A DNA stretch of 64,000 bases from Acanthaster planci (lineage: Eukaryota). This document shows positions 1 through 14,042 of this stretch, piece after piece. The stretch spans positions 1,697,107 to 1,761,106 of the forward strand of contig NW_019091355.1 of the NCBI RefSeq assembly GCF_001949145.1, given 5' to 3'. The translations under genes were made by a program, and so were the position numbers. Position 1 is the stretch's first letter. Every line of letters begins with the position of its first letter. The notes beneath the pieces were generated by a model. It saw only the letters and a program-made list of their open reading frames with translations. It was not told the origin of the DNA and did not search any database.

Positions 1-2072
1 AGTCCACACCATTTTAAGGATGCAGATTACCAACGAAAAATTGCCGCGATGATCATGGGATACAAAAGGGACTTATGATGGCAAAAACAGGTGGTGCGTA
101 GCAAGCATGCACTGCGCTCTGGCTATGGACATACCGCAGGCATGCCAGAATGCGATTATTGGCCAGATGTTATAGCACTGGTAGTTTAAACGCCTTACAT
201 GTATGCGCCCTTCTCCAAGATTTTATAAACAATGTATGTTCAGGGCTGCCTGAAGGCTTGTGAAATTAAGTTCACCAGCTTCCAACCCACAACATCCTGC
301 TTACTAGTCATGTTATTTTTATTGGCTTGTCCCTTAATCATTAACTTGAGCAACTCTAACGGCTGGTTTCAATGCTAATGACGAGGAGTTGAACAACATT
401 TCTCTATTGATTTTTTCCTTATTTTGTGAAAATTTTCCCGACTGCAAGCTTGAGCTGTCTACCGATTCCTGCATTTTTTATTGTGCACGTACATGTACAA
501 GTAAAGTACGCTGATCAAACAGTGTACCATACACTGTACAGGTACATTAATATCTACGTACATGTACAGTACATTAAGTGAAATATGCCATACACATGTT
601 ACTTTCAAGTTTCTCCCTTTCTGTAGGAGTGATCAAAGTGGCAATTTTGATGACAAATTAATGGTGCACAAGAACATGGAGATCTTAGAAGTTATTTCAA
701 AATGATTTTTGGAAAATACTGTGTGGAAGCAGATCAACAAGGGATTTGAGAATGGGTTCAAATACACTAAAAACATGTTTAAATGTTCCCCATGTGTAGC
801 CTGTTTAGCCCCTACCAGTGTCTCTTGATCAATTCGTGTAACATCACTGCCTGGGTTTTTGATATGCATGTGCACACAATGCACCTGTCACCACATCCAC
901 AGACAACCAAAATGCATCCAGCTCTCTCACTTCCATGCGATCAACTCCGCTAACCCCATGTGACACACACAAACAATTCCTTGGGCTGACTCTTCACTGC
1001 ACACACCCAGCCACCTGTTCAGCCTCAGAATAAAGCCGGTTTTGATTTCCTCTCATCTCTGCTTCCAATCCTCTCTTTAGAAGGATACTCAACCTTTTTT
1101 TGCCTTTTGGGACATCACCCCTTGTTGGTGAGCAGCCTCACATGAAATCCCTGCTCTGAGCAGCGGACAACAAATCCGGCTGTTTACAATTGATTTGGTG
1201 ATATTGATGGGGCACCCTTTTTTTTTCGCTTTCAAAGGGTACATGTGGGCGTGAGAAAAGCCAGTGCATGACGGGGACTTTGTCTTCTAATACACTGTGT
1301 TAGGACTAGGCCAGCTTAATTAATTAGTCAGAGGGTCCATTACAGGTAGATGCCTGGATCTTGTGTCAGATCCACTGTTGCCAATAAACAATATCCAAAA
1401 CTGCATGCACATGGCCTGATGAACTCAATTCACAATGAAGACATCACATTTTGATGCCTGAAACTGAAATTTCTGAATGATTTTAAACCCCCAAGAAAAA
1501 AAATCACACATCAACATGTGAGAATGGCAATACCTTCCAGTTTATTTCATCACTTCTCTGCCAAAGTAATAACTACAGTAGAGTGTACAAGTTAGGTTTG
1601 GCATGGTACCAGTGCTCTGTGTAATTATAATTGTAATTTTTGCAGACCATAAAGCTTCTTAATAAACCTCGTACATGTACGTACAAGTCCATGCAACACC
1701 AGGCACTTTAGGTTTGTCACATCTGCGTAACCAACTCCACCAACTCCACCAACCACATGCATGTGATACATAGTGTACAAACGATTCCTAGGAGTGAATC
1801 TTCATTCCAAACTGCACAATAGTTTACAGTATATATTAGCAAACATCAAGGTGACAAGGATTCTGGCCTCTGACTTTAATGGCTGTTTAAGCCGCAATTT
1901 TAAAAAATCTACGTCAACCAAACATTTGGAAAGTCACCACGTGGAATACGGATAATAAAACGTCTGGCCAACCTGCTTGTAAATGTCACAACGTTCCCAA
2001 TGATTCTCAGGATATCCAATGTACTAACCCAAGGAAACATTTAACATACAACCTCAAATCAATGGTGCACTG

Positions 2073-2325
2073 TACACCAGTAATTCCAGAAATTAGCGGT
2101 CCATTTTTTTTTCATGTCCCTGTCACATCTGACAAATGATTTTGGAAGTTCAAGACACATTTTCTGATTTTCAGGAGTGATGAATTAATGCAAACAACCT
2201 GCCAAACAAATAGTGACAGTTTGAAATCAATTCCGGTAATATTTCCATGCCAAATAACAAAGGTCAGATGTAACAGGGACAAAAAATGTCACACTTTTAG
2301 ACCCTAATATCTGGAATTACCAATA
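2073..2325. mobile_element. Fold-back MITE (non-autonomous DNA transposon)
   Basis: Terminal inverted repeats GTAATTCCAGAAATTAG / CTAATATCTGGAATTAC and inner GTCCCTGTCACATCTGAC / GTCAGATGTAACAGGGAC. Confidence 0.7.
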
Positions 2326-5300
2326 TGTCCATTTATGCATGTACAGATGTACCAATAATATTTAATAAATCAATACGTTTACATGCCCGGAACTCAAGAG
2401 CCACCTTAAGCAAATCTATCTAGTTTTGTGAGATTTTTTTTTTTTGTCGGAAGTATTGATTTTCAACCACCAACACACAAGTCAAATGTTAAAACTATTG
2501 AAGGCCGTTATGTGGAAGTTAAAATGTATCAGAAAGTATCAGGTGCATATAACAGCCAAGCGTTAACATTTTGGATGTGATGGGAGGGAAGTGTCTGTTA
2601 TGGGACCCATCCTTAGTCTACAAGTAGACACCAAAGAAAGTTTTCCTATTTCTGTGCTTTTTCTGCTCCCCTCCAAAACTTTGACCCTCTCAATCTAAAC
2701 TGTTCATGTACATGTGTACATGTGACCAAAAAATATTACACATATTCCCAGAAGTACGGTGCACTACTCTTCTACTCTTAATAAGAAATAACCTACGACA
2801 GAAGACAGACAGCTACAGTACACATAACACTAACAGTGGAAATTCCCTGCATTAAAATCTCACACAGCACTCACTGTTTGAGTGTTTTCTGTAATAGTGC
2901 AGAATCAAAGGGTTTTTTTACCCCAAAGCTTTCAATACCGGTAGCTTTGGACAAGGCAGGCTATAAAAAGAATAAAAGAAGAACGAAACCTATACATGGC
3001 AGGTAGGAAGCAGGGACTTTGAATAAACACTTGAGCTATACATTTACTAACGCTGGCTGCATTTCTCCCCTAGGGCTTGTGATGTTGCTGGCTGAAAGCA
3101 CTAGTCAAGTAGAAAATTCCAGCCAGTGTACAAAGAGTGAAAGAAGGAAAAACCTCAACTAGCAAAGTTTCAATTTCTCACTTTGATCTCTGGGATGTTC
3201 GGCGAGCAGCGCAACATGCATTTTCTTTACCACAAATCATGTTCTCACATTGCTCCAACATCCTCCGGGAACTAGACTGGTTTTGAAGTGGTATACAGAT
3301 TAGCTGCCATCAGCTGAAGGATTTTAGGTGAAAATTGAACAGCTGAGGAACAACCGAAAATATTATGGTGGCCAATTTGTTTCTGTACTCTGGAAGAGGA
3401 CTATTGATTCCTCCCTTGAACAGAGAGAGGGTTAGTGGTGGTGGTGTTGTTGTTTGCGGCGATCACAAAGTTGAAAGTACTGCGGCCTGTCAGCCCCACT
3501 CCGGCCATGGACATGCAAATCAGCCAGCCTTTTGTTGGTGCGTTCCAACTGGATTAAACCTCTGGGATGTCTTACAGGAATGGAATGCAGGGACCCTTCT
3601 AAAGCACGCACCATCGTTAATATTGAAAGGTGTAGGGCAAGGCAAGGAGGGGGTGTCTCAGACTGGATTGAGATGAAGACGCTCTAAAACATTCTGAAAC
3701 TAGACAGTAAAGAGTGAACCTATTCACCAAAATGTCCAAACATAAAAACCGTTCCCAAACTTCAAGAAAACACGTACATGTACGGTAGGTAATACATGTA
3801 CATTGTACCAAAGTTCTTTTTTTTCTGACTCCCACGATATTTGTCAAGGATTGGCTCTGATACTCTTGCCTTAAAATTTCAAGCACACAAAGTTTACACA
3901 CAGATTAATACTGTGAGTGTTCAGGGTTAATAGCTAGGCCTGTCTGTCATGTAAAAAAAACCTGCTGATGACTTTTCACACAGAGGTAGGGCCCATAGCC
4001 CTTATTCTTATGGGGGAAGCATACACATGTACATATGACACTTCCTAACAGTACAAGACTGAGTTGCAAAGTGCTAGAGCCAATGTAAAAGAATAAGTAC
4101 GTTTTGAAGAGTGAAAAGCAAAACTGAAGGGCAACGTAAATCAATAAGAACCCTTAGCTTTTTACACCCGTAAAATGTCCTCTTTCATCAGGACGCTGAA
4201 CTAAGAGATACATCAAATGTCACACAAGGCTCAATTTGCTCGTCCTATCAATGCAAAACTGAAACAAAACGATTAACAGAGGGCCTACATGTACAACTCA
4301 TTTTGTGGGACTCAGTTACATTACATGTTTGCTGTTTTGTCCCTTTTTGAACAAAGCTTGTTTTGTTTACTCCTTGTCTTCATCTGAATTCAGGAGCACG
4401 TAGTGAACAGGTCCTACAGCAAACACTTCAGTCCCGAGGGGAAAAAGACACCACTGGGGAAGAAGCAAATTGTGAAATTTCAGGAATGCCGAGAGGTGTG
4501 CAGTGAATAGAAATCTTCATAAATAATGAAAAGCAGGTAATAGAAATGTCTTCCTCTTCCCTCAGGCCGTGGGGACCAGGAGCACTCAATCTCCCCCCCC
4601 CCCAATCGATGTCAGGGGGAATAGATGTTTGGCCACTCGGCCTGACCAATAGGCGCACCATTGTCCCAAGTTATTAATTATTAACACCATGGGGTGTACA
4701 AAGATCGGGAAAGACTAGGGCTAATACCACTGGGCATACTGCAATTGAGGGCTGCGCCTATGAGTGTTCAGGGAAGATTTGTTGCAGAGTTAAGAAGATT
4801 GGTGTCTGTACACATATACCTGTAAGAAAATTGACAACGGGTCCACAACCTGCAGAATGTTGGCAAGAAGCCATAATATGGAATCAATTTCTTGAATTTC
4901 ATTTCTTCCTTGCTAACCTGATCACTCACTTTTTACATCTACTCCAATCTTCCAGTGGGATCATAAGATCTATTTCAAATTACGCATTACATGTAATCTT
5001 TCATATTTGTCTTGAACACCAATTTTCTCAGCTTCTAATGCAGCATGTAACATACACGTACATGTAATGTCACAAAATTGTAAGAATTGGTTTTCTTAAG
5101 ACAGAAAAAAGGACTGATTGCATAACACAAACTCCATCAATGAACAATCAGGATTGTGAACAAAACTCATGAGAAAAACTCATTAGTAATAATATTAGCA
5201 CTCATATCATTTGTCTTCTACATGGTTGCTTTTATAGTTTCCACCTACATGTACATCATGTACATGTACGTACAAGAAGTGCTTGTTCCCTTACTCCAAA

Positions 5301-7140
5301 CAAGGCCTCATTAGGGGCTTTACATAAGGAAAGTAAGACAAATATCCAAATACTTGCCAAGAATTTCCTTGGGAGCAAGATTGCACCTTCCTGAAACTCA
5401 CGTTGTATGTAACTTCTAGTCTCTCTGCATTTTTTAAAGAACCTTCTGAACCAAACAAGTGTACGGAAATGTAACATTCATGGTACTGAAGGACCCTCAG
5501 TCTGGGCAAAAGCAATCAAAATCAGACAAAATAGTTGGGTCGATTTGGAAGGGTACAGACAGCATGTCTGGATGGAGGGGCACAGTTTGAGCCAGAGAGA
5601 TGTGTCATTTTATTCATTTTTCAGGGCATTATCCATGTCACTTTTACAATACTGTCATAAACATTGTACATGCAAAATCGGCCACCACAAATGCACAGTA
5701 GCTAACGTGTAATACAGAAGCCAACATCTTTAATGCAGAGGACATACATGTACACCACCTGCTGTGGTATTTAACAAGATGTACAACAATGTGAAGAGTG
5801 GGAAGCCATGTGTAACACCAGTAGCGGACAGTTGGTCACCTGGTGGTTGCTGGAAAGATCTCCCTTGGGAAACAAGTAATTGGAGCAATTACAGAGGACT
5901 GCCCCCTCAGTCCAGCCAAAAAATAAAAAACCCACACACACACAACCTTGTGGCACCAGCAGAGAGCACAGAGCTATTAAATCACTTACAGCATACAGAC
6001 AGAGGGGTACAAGTGAGGTGCTAGAGTACAGAGGAAGGGGTACAAGTGTGGTGCACAGTTTCCAGGTAAACGATAGCTTGGTAGTCTTTTTTTTCCTAAT
6101 GGTACATGCGTACATACATATGGGGTTAATTTACACCAAGCACCCTTCCTCCATCTCAGGAATGACTGTCCATTAAACATGTACAACATATGTAGGTTAA
6201 TGATCCCAATGTGTTGAGCATTGTAAGATGTTTCGTGAGGTTCTATGATCTTTCAATATTGATTTGAATGATTCCTACTCATGTTAATGTGTGTATGTTA
6301 CAGCAACAATATGTAGAAAGTTGAAATAAAAGCAGCATTATCACACTTCAAACTGCATCTGCACGAGTTCCCTAAAAATAATGTTACGATGTACATAAAT
6401 TATTCGCAGTCTCATTCAACTAATTGTTTGCTCCCATCAAATCCAAATACTGGTACCTTCTGAGTGTGACACAGCCCTATTGATTTACATACACATGTAT
6501 GTTTGGTTCAGAGATATATTTGATGACTTAACTCCTCTGCTTGGCTTTCAGAATTCTAAAAAAAAATTTCAATGTGTGTTTTGTATTTTGTTCACTCGTT
6601 GCCATCTTGGCGACATTCAGAACTCAAGTTTCCGGTAATACTCCAGCTGAGCAAGGCTACGTGCCACTGCCGCAAAACTGATGGCCGTCGACAGCATTCA
6701 GCCGCCATGAAAATGAAAAACGATTCTCATCATAACACGCTGCCTCCTCCCTTGTAAACACCTGAACGGATGATTCATCTCATCCAATGATACCCCCCCT
6801 CCACCGCTAGCTGACAACAACACAGACCCCACAACAACCATCCTCCCCTCAAAAATATACAGAAATCATTCCTCTGGCTAGGCGACCGGCATGAGACGTC
6901 GCCGCTGCAATGTGCCCGCATCACGCTCTCCTCCCCCCCCCCTCCTTCCGTCGGAAACCTACTGTTGTTGATTATGCGCTTGCCTGGATATCAAGCTGAC
7001 TCATCCAGGGTTCGGATGAAAAAGCGAATCATCCCGAATGGGAGTATTGACCTGCACTGAAGCTGTCTGGAGTACTGCCCGAGAACAGCTGTGCATGGGA
7101 GCTGAGATAAACAACAACACCTTTGTAAGGTCTACCAAAG

Positions 7141-7160
7141 CACACACACACACACACACA
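7141..7160. repeat. (CA)n microsatellite
   Basis: (CA)10. Confidence 0.9.
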
Positions 7161-8111
7161 AATTAAAATGGACTGACATCTGCTTAAAGCAATCTCCTCT
7201 CATTGTGTGGCATTGTTTGAAACACAATCTGCCCGTGCATTTACTGAACTAGACCATTTCCTTTTATATCCTCCATCAAAGCAAATGACTATTTTTGCCT
7301 TCAAAATCACCTCATAAAGACAATTTTGTAATACCCCGATTGAAGGGAAAAAAATTATTAACAGCACGAGCTGTCATGTCTTTGTCCTTCCAATTGCTTT
7401 TAAGAAGCCTCGGGAGAATTGCAACAAGGAAGGAAAATATGGTTCAGTGGAGGGTGTTTTTCTTCGATCAAAGACCTGAGGATAATATCATCAGTTCATC
7501 TATGGTCGGTGTAAACAAGTGATGGAGTCATTCACCGACAACCACTTGGGATAGGGAGAAATTCTCCAGGCCGGCATCAAACAACAACTCACCAATGTCA
7601 AAACAATCTTTCCTCTCTCTACCTTGTCTTCCTCGGCCCACTCACAGAAAAGTAATCACTCTGTCCAGCCGTCAATTTATTTCTAATTTCCTTTGTTCAA
7701 GGCCTTTTGTTTAATTGAACTCAGAGAGAAAGGTGAGGGCACTTTAGAATGATTTTGTAGTGAGCGCCTTACGGAAGGATCTCGTCCTCAGCTGAGGCTC
7801 CTGACTGATGAATGCATGGCTACATGCATGACTGAGGTCACAATCCCAATTTTAACAGTTCTTGGAAACTTGTGGTGACTTTTATAGAGGTTGAGAAAAT
7901 TTCCCAGGAATTTGGGGAAAAGGAGGAAACCTGTAGAAATTTTGGGAAATGTGGCAACAAACAGGTGGGATATTTACCCAAGAAAACTTTTCTTGATTTA
8001 GCTATAATAAAATTTCTAAAAAATCTCGGTAAAAATTACTTTTTAGGGAGACGTACAGAAGGTTTCAAAGTTGTACAGGACCTGTAGAAGTAATGATTAA
8101 CTTTTCAGCTC

Positions 8112-8189
8112 AGTGACTGAAGCCGCATTTGGGATTCTTTCGTTTTGTAGTGACTGAAGCCTCATTTGGGATTCTTTCGTTTTGCAGTG
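8112..8189. repeat. 37-bp tandem duplication
   Basis: agtgactgaagcc(g/t)catttgggattctttcgttttg repeated twice. Confidence 0.9.
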
Positions 8190-11100
8190 CCTTTCTTCAT
8201 TTTAACTTCTCTAAAATACAACACAAGAAAACTTTTAGTGCTGAAGTTCAAACTTTAAATAAACACAATACAATACAGTCTGCTGCTTGCACATTGTATC
8301 GCTAAACACTCCTTGTCTGAGCTTCCGAATTGCATGGCCAAAAATATTTACTTTCTTCTCCAGGAATGACAAACCAGTGTTTGACCCTTGACTCCTCCCT
8401 AAACTGAATCCCATTAGTGCAATGACACCCAACAGTAATGGTAAACTAAAGATGGAAAAATGTATCAATGTACGTGAGGTTTCTTGGCAGAAAATTTGAG
8501 ACATGTAAAAATGGGTTTCTAAATTTGACATCTAAAACGTCTGGTCTGGCATGCCACAGTCATGATACATGTACATGTAAGTTCATGAATGGTCATCCCT
8601 GACACAAATTGAAACATTATGTCACACAAACTATAATCAAGAGGTGCATATTGCAAGTGCACTCATGTCTCTACAATTTAATCATCAAACGGTTTAGTGG
8701 GGCAATTCACCCCTAAAGTCATTTCGATGCACTGATTAATGCTTTAACTTCACACAAAGTGTAACAAATATTACAGCCCAGTGCCACCTAAGAGAGACAA
8801 ACGGTACAGCGCTGTAGCACTGCATAACATGCATATTGGAGAATGAAAACACATTCGATGCGAATGAAGACAATTCAGCCACTTGACTACCGCAGCAACG
8901 AGGGTAATCACTGCCAATAACTGGGTCTGCTTCGTCGATGTTCCTGCAAATCTGATCACCATAACCAGTCGTGATTCACAGCTAGTGCGCCATCCGATGC
9001 CAGCCGCAACAAGAAGACACTCAGAGCTAATGAGTTAATGAATAATCCATTAAGGAGCAATCGTGGAGGCCAACTAACCCTCCGGCGTTTCATTCAGTTT
9101 ACTGTAATGGCAACTTCAGATCTGAAGCAGAAAAACAGCCAGACCGTTGTCATTTGTGATTGGGAAGCCATCTCCTAATTTTTGTGAGGGCACCCTCCTT
9201 TTTCTTCACTTTTGGCCCCTCCCCCATCTTTCACCTGTAAAAGCTGTTGCTGCGAAAGCTTATATCTCTCTTAAAATTTAGTTTCTTTAAGGTGCTATCT
9301 CATTAGTACACATGCATGTATTAACGTTCCCAACTTTCAAGTCCATTGATGTGAACAGCGGCAATTATGAAACATGTTTTGAACATATAGCCCATTTATG
9401 CACTCACCACTCGTAAGGGTTTTAACAATTAATTTAATGCAACCAAACATCAATACAAATTGAATTCCCTTGAAATTATTCATTTTACAAACTAGTGTTT
9501 AACGATCCAGGAACCAACTGTGACCAGCTGGTGCAGTCACGTCTGAATCTGTCGGAAGCAATTCTACCGTACAACCCTCTCCTGTCTTATGGATGCATTG
9601 GGCTTAGTGAAACTTTCACAAAACATAGACAAGGCAAAGAAAGGGGAAAAAAGGGAACAAACAAACAAATCAAACAAATATCAACCACCACTGCCAAAGA
9701 CTAATGACACAGAGGATATTTAGAGATGCCATAAAATGCACTGTCTTTACAAGGTCTGTGTCAATATTACGCATGGTGCCACACATGTTCCGGTTCTGCA
9801 GACCCTGGACAGACAAATGCCAGCCCGACAAGTAAATAACCTACATGCATGACATGTACTCTTCCTGCATAATGGGTTATTGCAATTCATGGTGACTGTC
9901 AGATAATGACCCCACTGGCAACGCCAAGCAAATAAATTACGCAAGGTGTAAAAATGCCAGCGTCTTTGCACAAACCCGTGTGCAGTGTCTGTCAATAGTC
10001 TCTGGCATCAGGACCATTTGGTACCGATGGTTCGTCTGATGTATACTCACAGACACTTTCTGATGTTTACAAATGACGTGAACTAAATGTCATCACTTGC
10101 TTACATGTCCGTCACAATTCTACAAAGTGTGCAATTTTTGAATACTTTACTCATCAAAATGCGGGGGGGGGGCTGTAGCCATACCAGGTTTTTTTTTCAA
10201 CGATGCAGAGCATGAATGAGAAGTAATATGTGATACATGTACCAGTAATGTTTGTTGAGCTCTGTGAACTCAAGATTACTGGGCTACAGTGACAGCTGTC
10301 AACATGTGTGCTCTTGACATATTCATTTGTAAGTTATCCATGTGCATGGGGACAGGTTTTGGTTAATTACCACAGTGGATAGAACACAAAGGGAACAAAG
10401 GGTGTTTCCCTGTCCTCGGTGGCCAATCTATTGTCCTTAATAGTGCCTACAGTTTGTCTATGGGAGAGCGTTATATTGTGGGGAACATAGGCCTAATGGT
10501 GGGACAGCCAAACATGACATTGTGTGTAGGGTGTTGTTAAATAATTTTGCACACCAAAATGATCAAAGCTAGATTTTGGATCAAAACCTCTAATCTTGAA
10601 AGTACAATTTTTCAAAGACTCAACAAGGACAAAATGGACTTTTGCTAATCAAATGCTTGAAATTGCCAATCTTTTTCGATCAAAACTATAAAACATCAGC
10701 AATACAACTATTTGAAGCAGATCCACATTTCTGCATCACTGCAAATTCAATTCTCAAACAAATGTTACATGTGTATATCTTTCACATCATGTCCATAAGA
10801 GACATTAAGGAACAGTGTACATGCCCATAAATTATTGATGTGCACGGCATTATTGGAAGCAAACTATCCCCTACTCCTTTCTCAACTCAACGTGTAAATA
10901 CTGCATGATCTTTTGGTTTTGAACATGTTATGACAAAAGTACATGTAACGGAAGGTGTATTATCTCCACTTTAGTGAAAGACAAGTTGAAGACGCAGCAA
11001 CCGCAACATCACAATTTTTTTTTTTTAGGCATGTATAAGATTCTGCCACGTCACATCATCTCTCAAGCCATTTGGAGTTGAATAACCGGCGCGTCTGCCT

Positions 11101-12412
11101 CACTTCAACGGCAATTAAAAAGAGTGCACTGGCTGGGAAGAATGGCTAGGCCGGTTTCAGCAGTGTCTGTCAAGAGACAAATTTCTTAGGAATGATTTGT
11201 GTTTTTTGCAGGAAGATCTGCACGAAGGCTCAGTGCATCAACCCTGCCCCTTTAATAAGTGAGCTGGATATCGGTGTTTGTCATTACTGTGAATCAAGTC
11301 GGAATGACAGCTTTTATCTAAATTGAAAAAAATCAGTAGCGTACGTGGATCGTCATAGAGGGCTACTAGGTACAGCCCCTGCAAACAACCTTCACTTCAC
11401 CTGCAATGGGGCCACATTCCCATATTTTTCCCGGGGTACCGGTACAAAAGCTGGTCAACCAGCTAGGAACGTGACATGTAAAATCACTGGTGCATTCAGG
11501 CACAATAATGACAAAAGTGGAGTTTGTTTGCCTTCCCCTCTCTATCTATTTTAGAATTTCCAGCTGTCCTTGATATCCCTAAACACCTCCAAAGAGTGTT
11601 AAAAAAACTGTTTAAACATGTGAGAACCGTAAACATGTGGAGATTTCCGTGTACCGTGTGCACTGGTTTCAGCTCTTTCTTTTCATGCAGGTCCTTACTT
11701 GCAGGTATCTCCTGCAAACTTTCTCGGGCTTAAACTTGTTTAACACATGTGTACATGCACATGTACACATACATGTATACAGTAGGCGTGTTGTTCTATG
11801 TACTTTTTATCCCGTTATGGGGACCACACAAGTGTTGACATTTTGAAGTTATGGGGATCAAAAATACTGTTGGAACAAATTTTTGGCCTCCCAATGTGGT
11901 TCCCACTTTACAAAAGAAACTCCCCTTTAAACAGGGATGGCCTACTCACACATCTGCAACCATTACTATACGCACTCCTTTCTCAATGACAGTGAAAAAA
12001 ATTCTTGCAAAGACAAGGAATTCTGCTATCAAGTGCTCCCCCCGTGACATTTTCTATGACACACACTTCCCATATTTAAGACAAAAGAAAAACCTTGCTT
12101 GACTTGAATAATATTGAAATGAACAGATATGTTGGGACGATGTACAAATACATGTACATGTATGCACATAGTGAAAGCAATGTGGTTTGATCGCTTCGGT
12201 GGGTATGAATTTGATGATTCAGAACCTGCCCAGGGTTCATTAACCGAGCCCAGAATGCCAGACCACGGCATTCATTTCCACACTGGAACAAGACCAAATG
12301 CATCTTTTGGAAAACGTTCTTTTTTCAGCGCCTGCACGGAGTGACTCAGGGATAAAGAAGTTCAAGGATCGTAGGCCTATAATCGGATTTCTGAAGCAAT
12401 GCAGAGCAAGGT

Positions 12413-12445
<33 letters not shown>
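12413..12445. repeat. (GA)n microsatellite
   Basis: Imperfect GA run. Confidence 0.85.
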
Positions 12446-13998
12446 GGGGGAGAGGAATGCTAGAATGTAAACAACATGTTTGTGACATGTCGATAGGGGT
12501 TGAGAGGCGAGAACCCGGCATGCATAACGCATGGACTGATCTCACCTCCAGGACTGACACAAGAGTAAGTCTTAACAGAACTTCAAGAAAAGTTTAATGA
12601 CGCAGTAGTTATTCATGTGCGCAAATATATGTGTGTATGTTCATGCCCGTTTCCACCATACATGCATGTGTGCATGTATTCTGGCACAGCAGAATGTTGC
12701 TATCCAAGATGAATTTCTCACAACCATGAGCAAGTTCTCACCAGTCAATTACAGGCCATTCAAAAGTGACTCCATCTAAAGTCACTTCAGAGACTATTCA
12801 AATGAAATGCCTCCATTTTTTCTGCCAGTGTTAGGTACATGTAGATGTATCCTGGTCCTCGAGATAATTTGAATTAAACACGATTGACTACACTACTACT
12901 CAGACATTTACAATCTCAGCTAAATTTAGTGAAATGGATTTAAGTAAGCTTTCATCTACTGGTCCCATCTTTCAACTGTCAGATTCCTTCAAAACCCCTT
13001 CTGAAGCATATTTGCTGAAATTCGAACTTATGAAAAGGAAGTACATTTTTTACACAAACAGCGAAGGATGTGAGTCTTAGAGTAGGCTACTCCAGCCCGT
13101 CTAGCCCCAAACAAAGCAAAATCAAGAAAACCAAATGCTTAAAAATCCCCCAAAATCAAACAAAATTATAAATGGCAATAAGAAGACCCAAACAGAATGC
13201 AAAAGGGCGTGCAAATCAAGGATTGCCGATAACACAATTTTAATTGCAGGAGCATTCCGAGTTTGTCCCCAGCCTGGGTTATTTGTAATGTAGGCCTACA
13301 AGATCTTTCCCCAGCTATGGCTTCATTGAAACCGGGCACATACATGTACCAGTACATGTAGCCTGCCAAGCTGAGATCTTTTAGCTTCCACAGCTCCACT
13401 CTCAATACGCAAACATTCTCACATTACTGTCTGATAAGTCTCATTAAATTCTTATGTTTTTCTGTAGCGTACTGAGGTGAGGACAGGTGATTTAAACACT
13501 TTGGAAAAAGGCTTTCTACTCCAAATCATGCATGGCAACATTACTTCATCACAGAAATGTTATTCTTCATTACAGCTTTGTCTAAATTTAATGTAATGTA
13601 GATGTAAAATGAGCCAGACATTACATTCCACCGGGACCACTAATTTGCTGCCAGGATGCACTTCCAATCTTTGCCTGCTGCCAGAAAAGGCCCCATTCTA
13701 TTGGGACACACTATCACCTGTCAAAAAAAAACAAAAGATTAGGGCGGGATCAAGCACCACAGCCCGAAACAAACAACACCCGGCCACGATCACCCGTTGG
13801 CCAAGTCATCCCTCATCAGTCAGGGAGCCTGCCATAGGAGACTACAGCCGCTGTTATGAATAATCAATACCCTGCTGGACAGCTAGATGGGTTGAAAAGA
13901 AAGTGGGGGGTGATAACATCCTGCAAATGCATGTAACATTTCTGTGGCTGTGAAACCCTCCCCCCCAAAAAAATTACAAGTTTGGCTGAATTCTAAAT

Positions 13999-14042
13999 CA
14001 TCCTTTCCCTAGTCTAATCAGAATTAGACTAGGGAAAGGATG
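13999..14042. repeat. Perfect 20-bp inverted repeat with 4-nt loop
   Basis: CATCCTTTCCCTAGTCTAAT-caga-ATTAGACTAGGGAAAGGATG. Confidence 0.95.

Noticed and set aside
7805..7840. CTGATGA followed by hairpin ATGCATG-gcta-CATGCAT (hammerhead-like)
   Set aside because: Followed by GACT instead of the essential GAAA, and there are no stems I or III.
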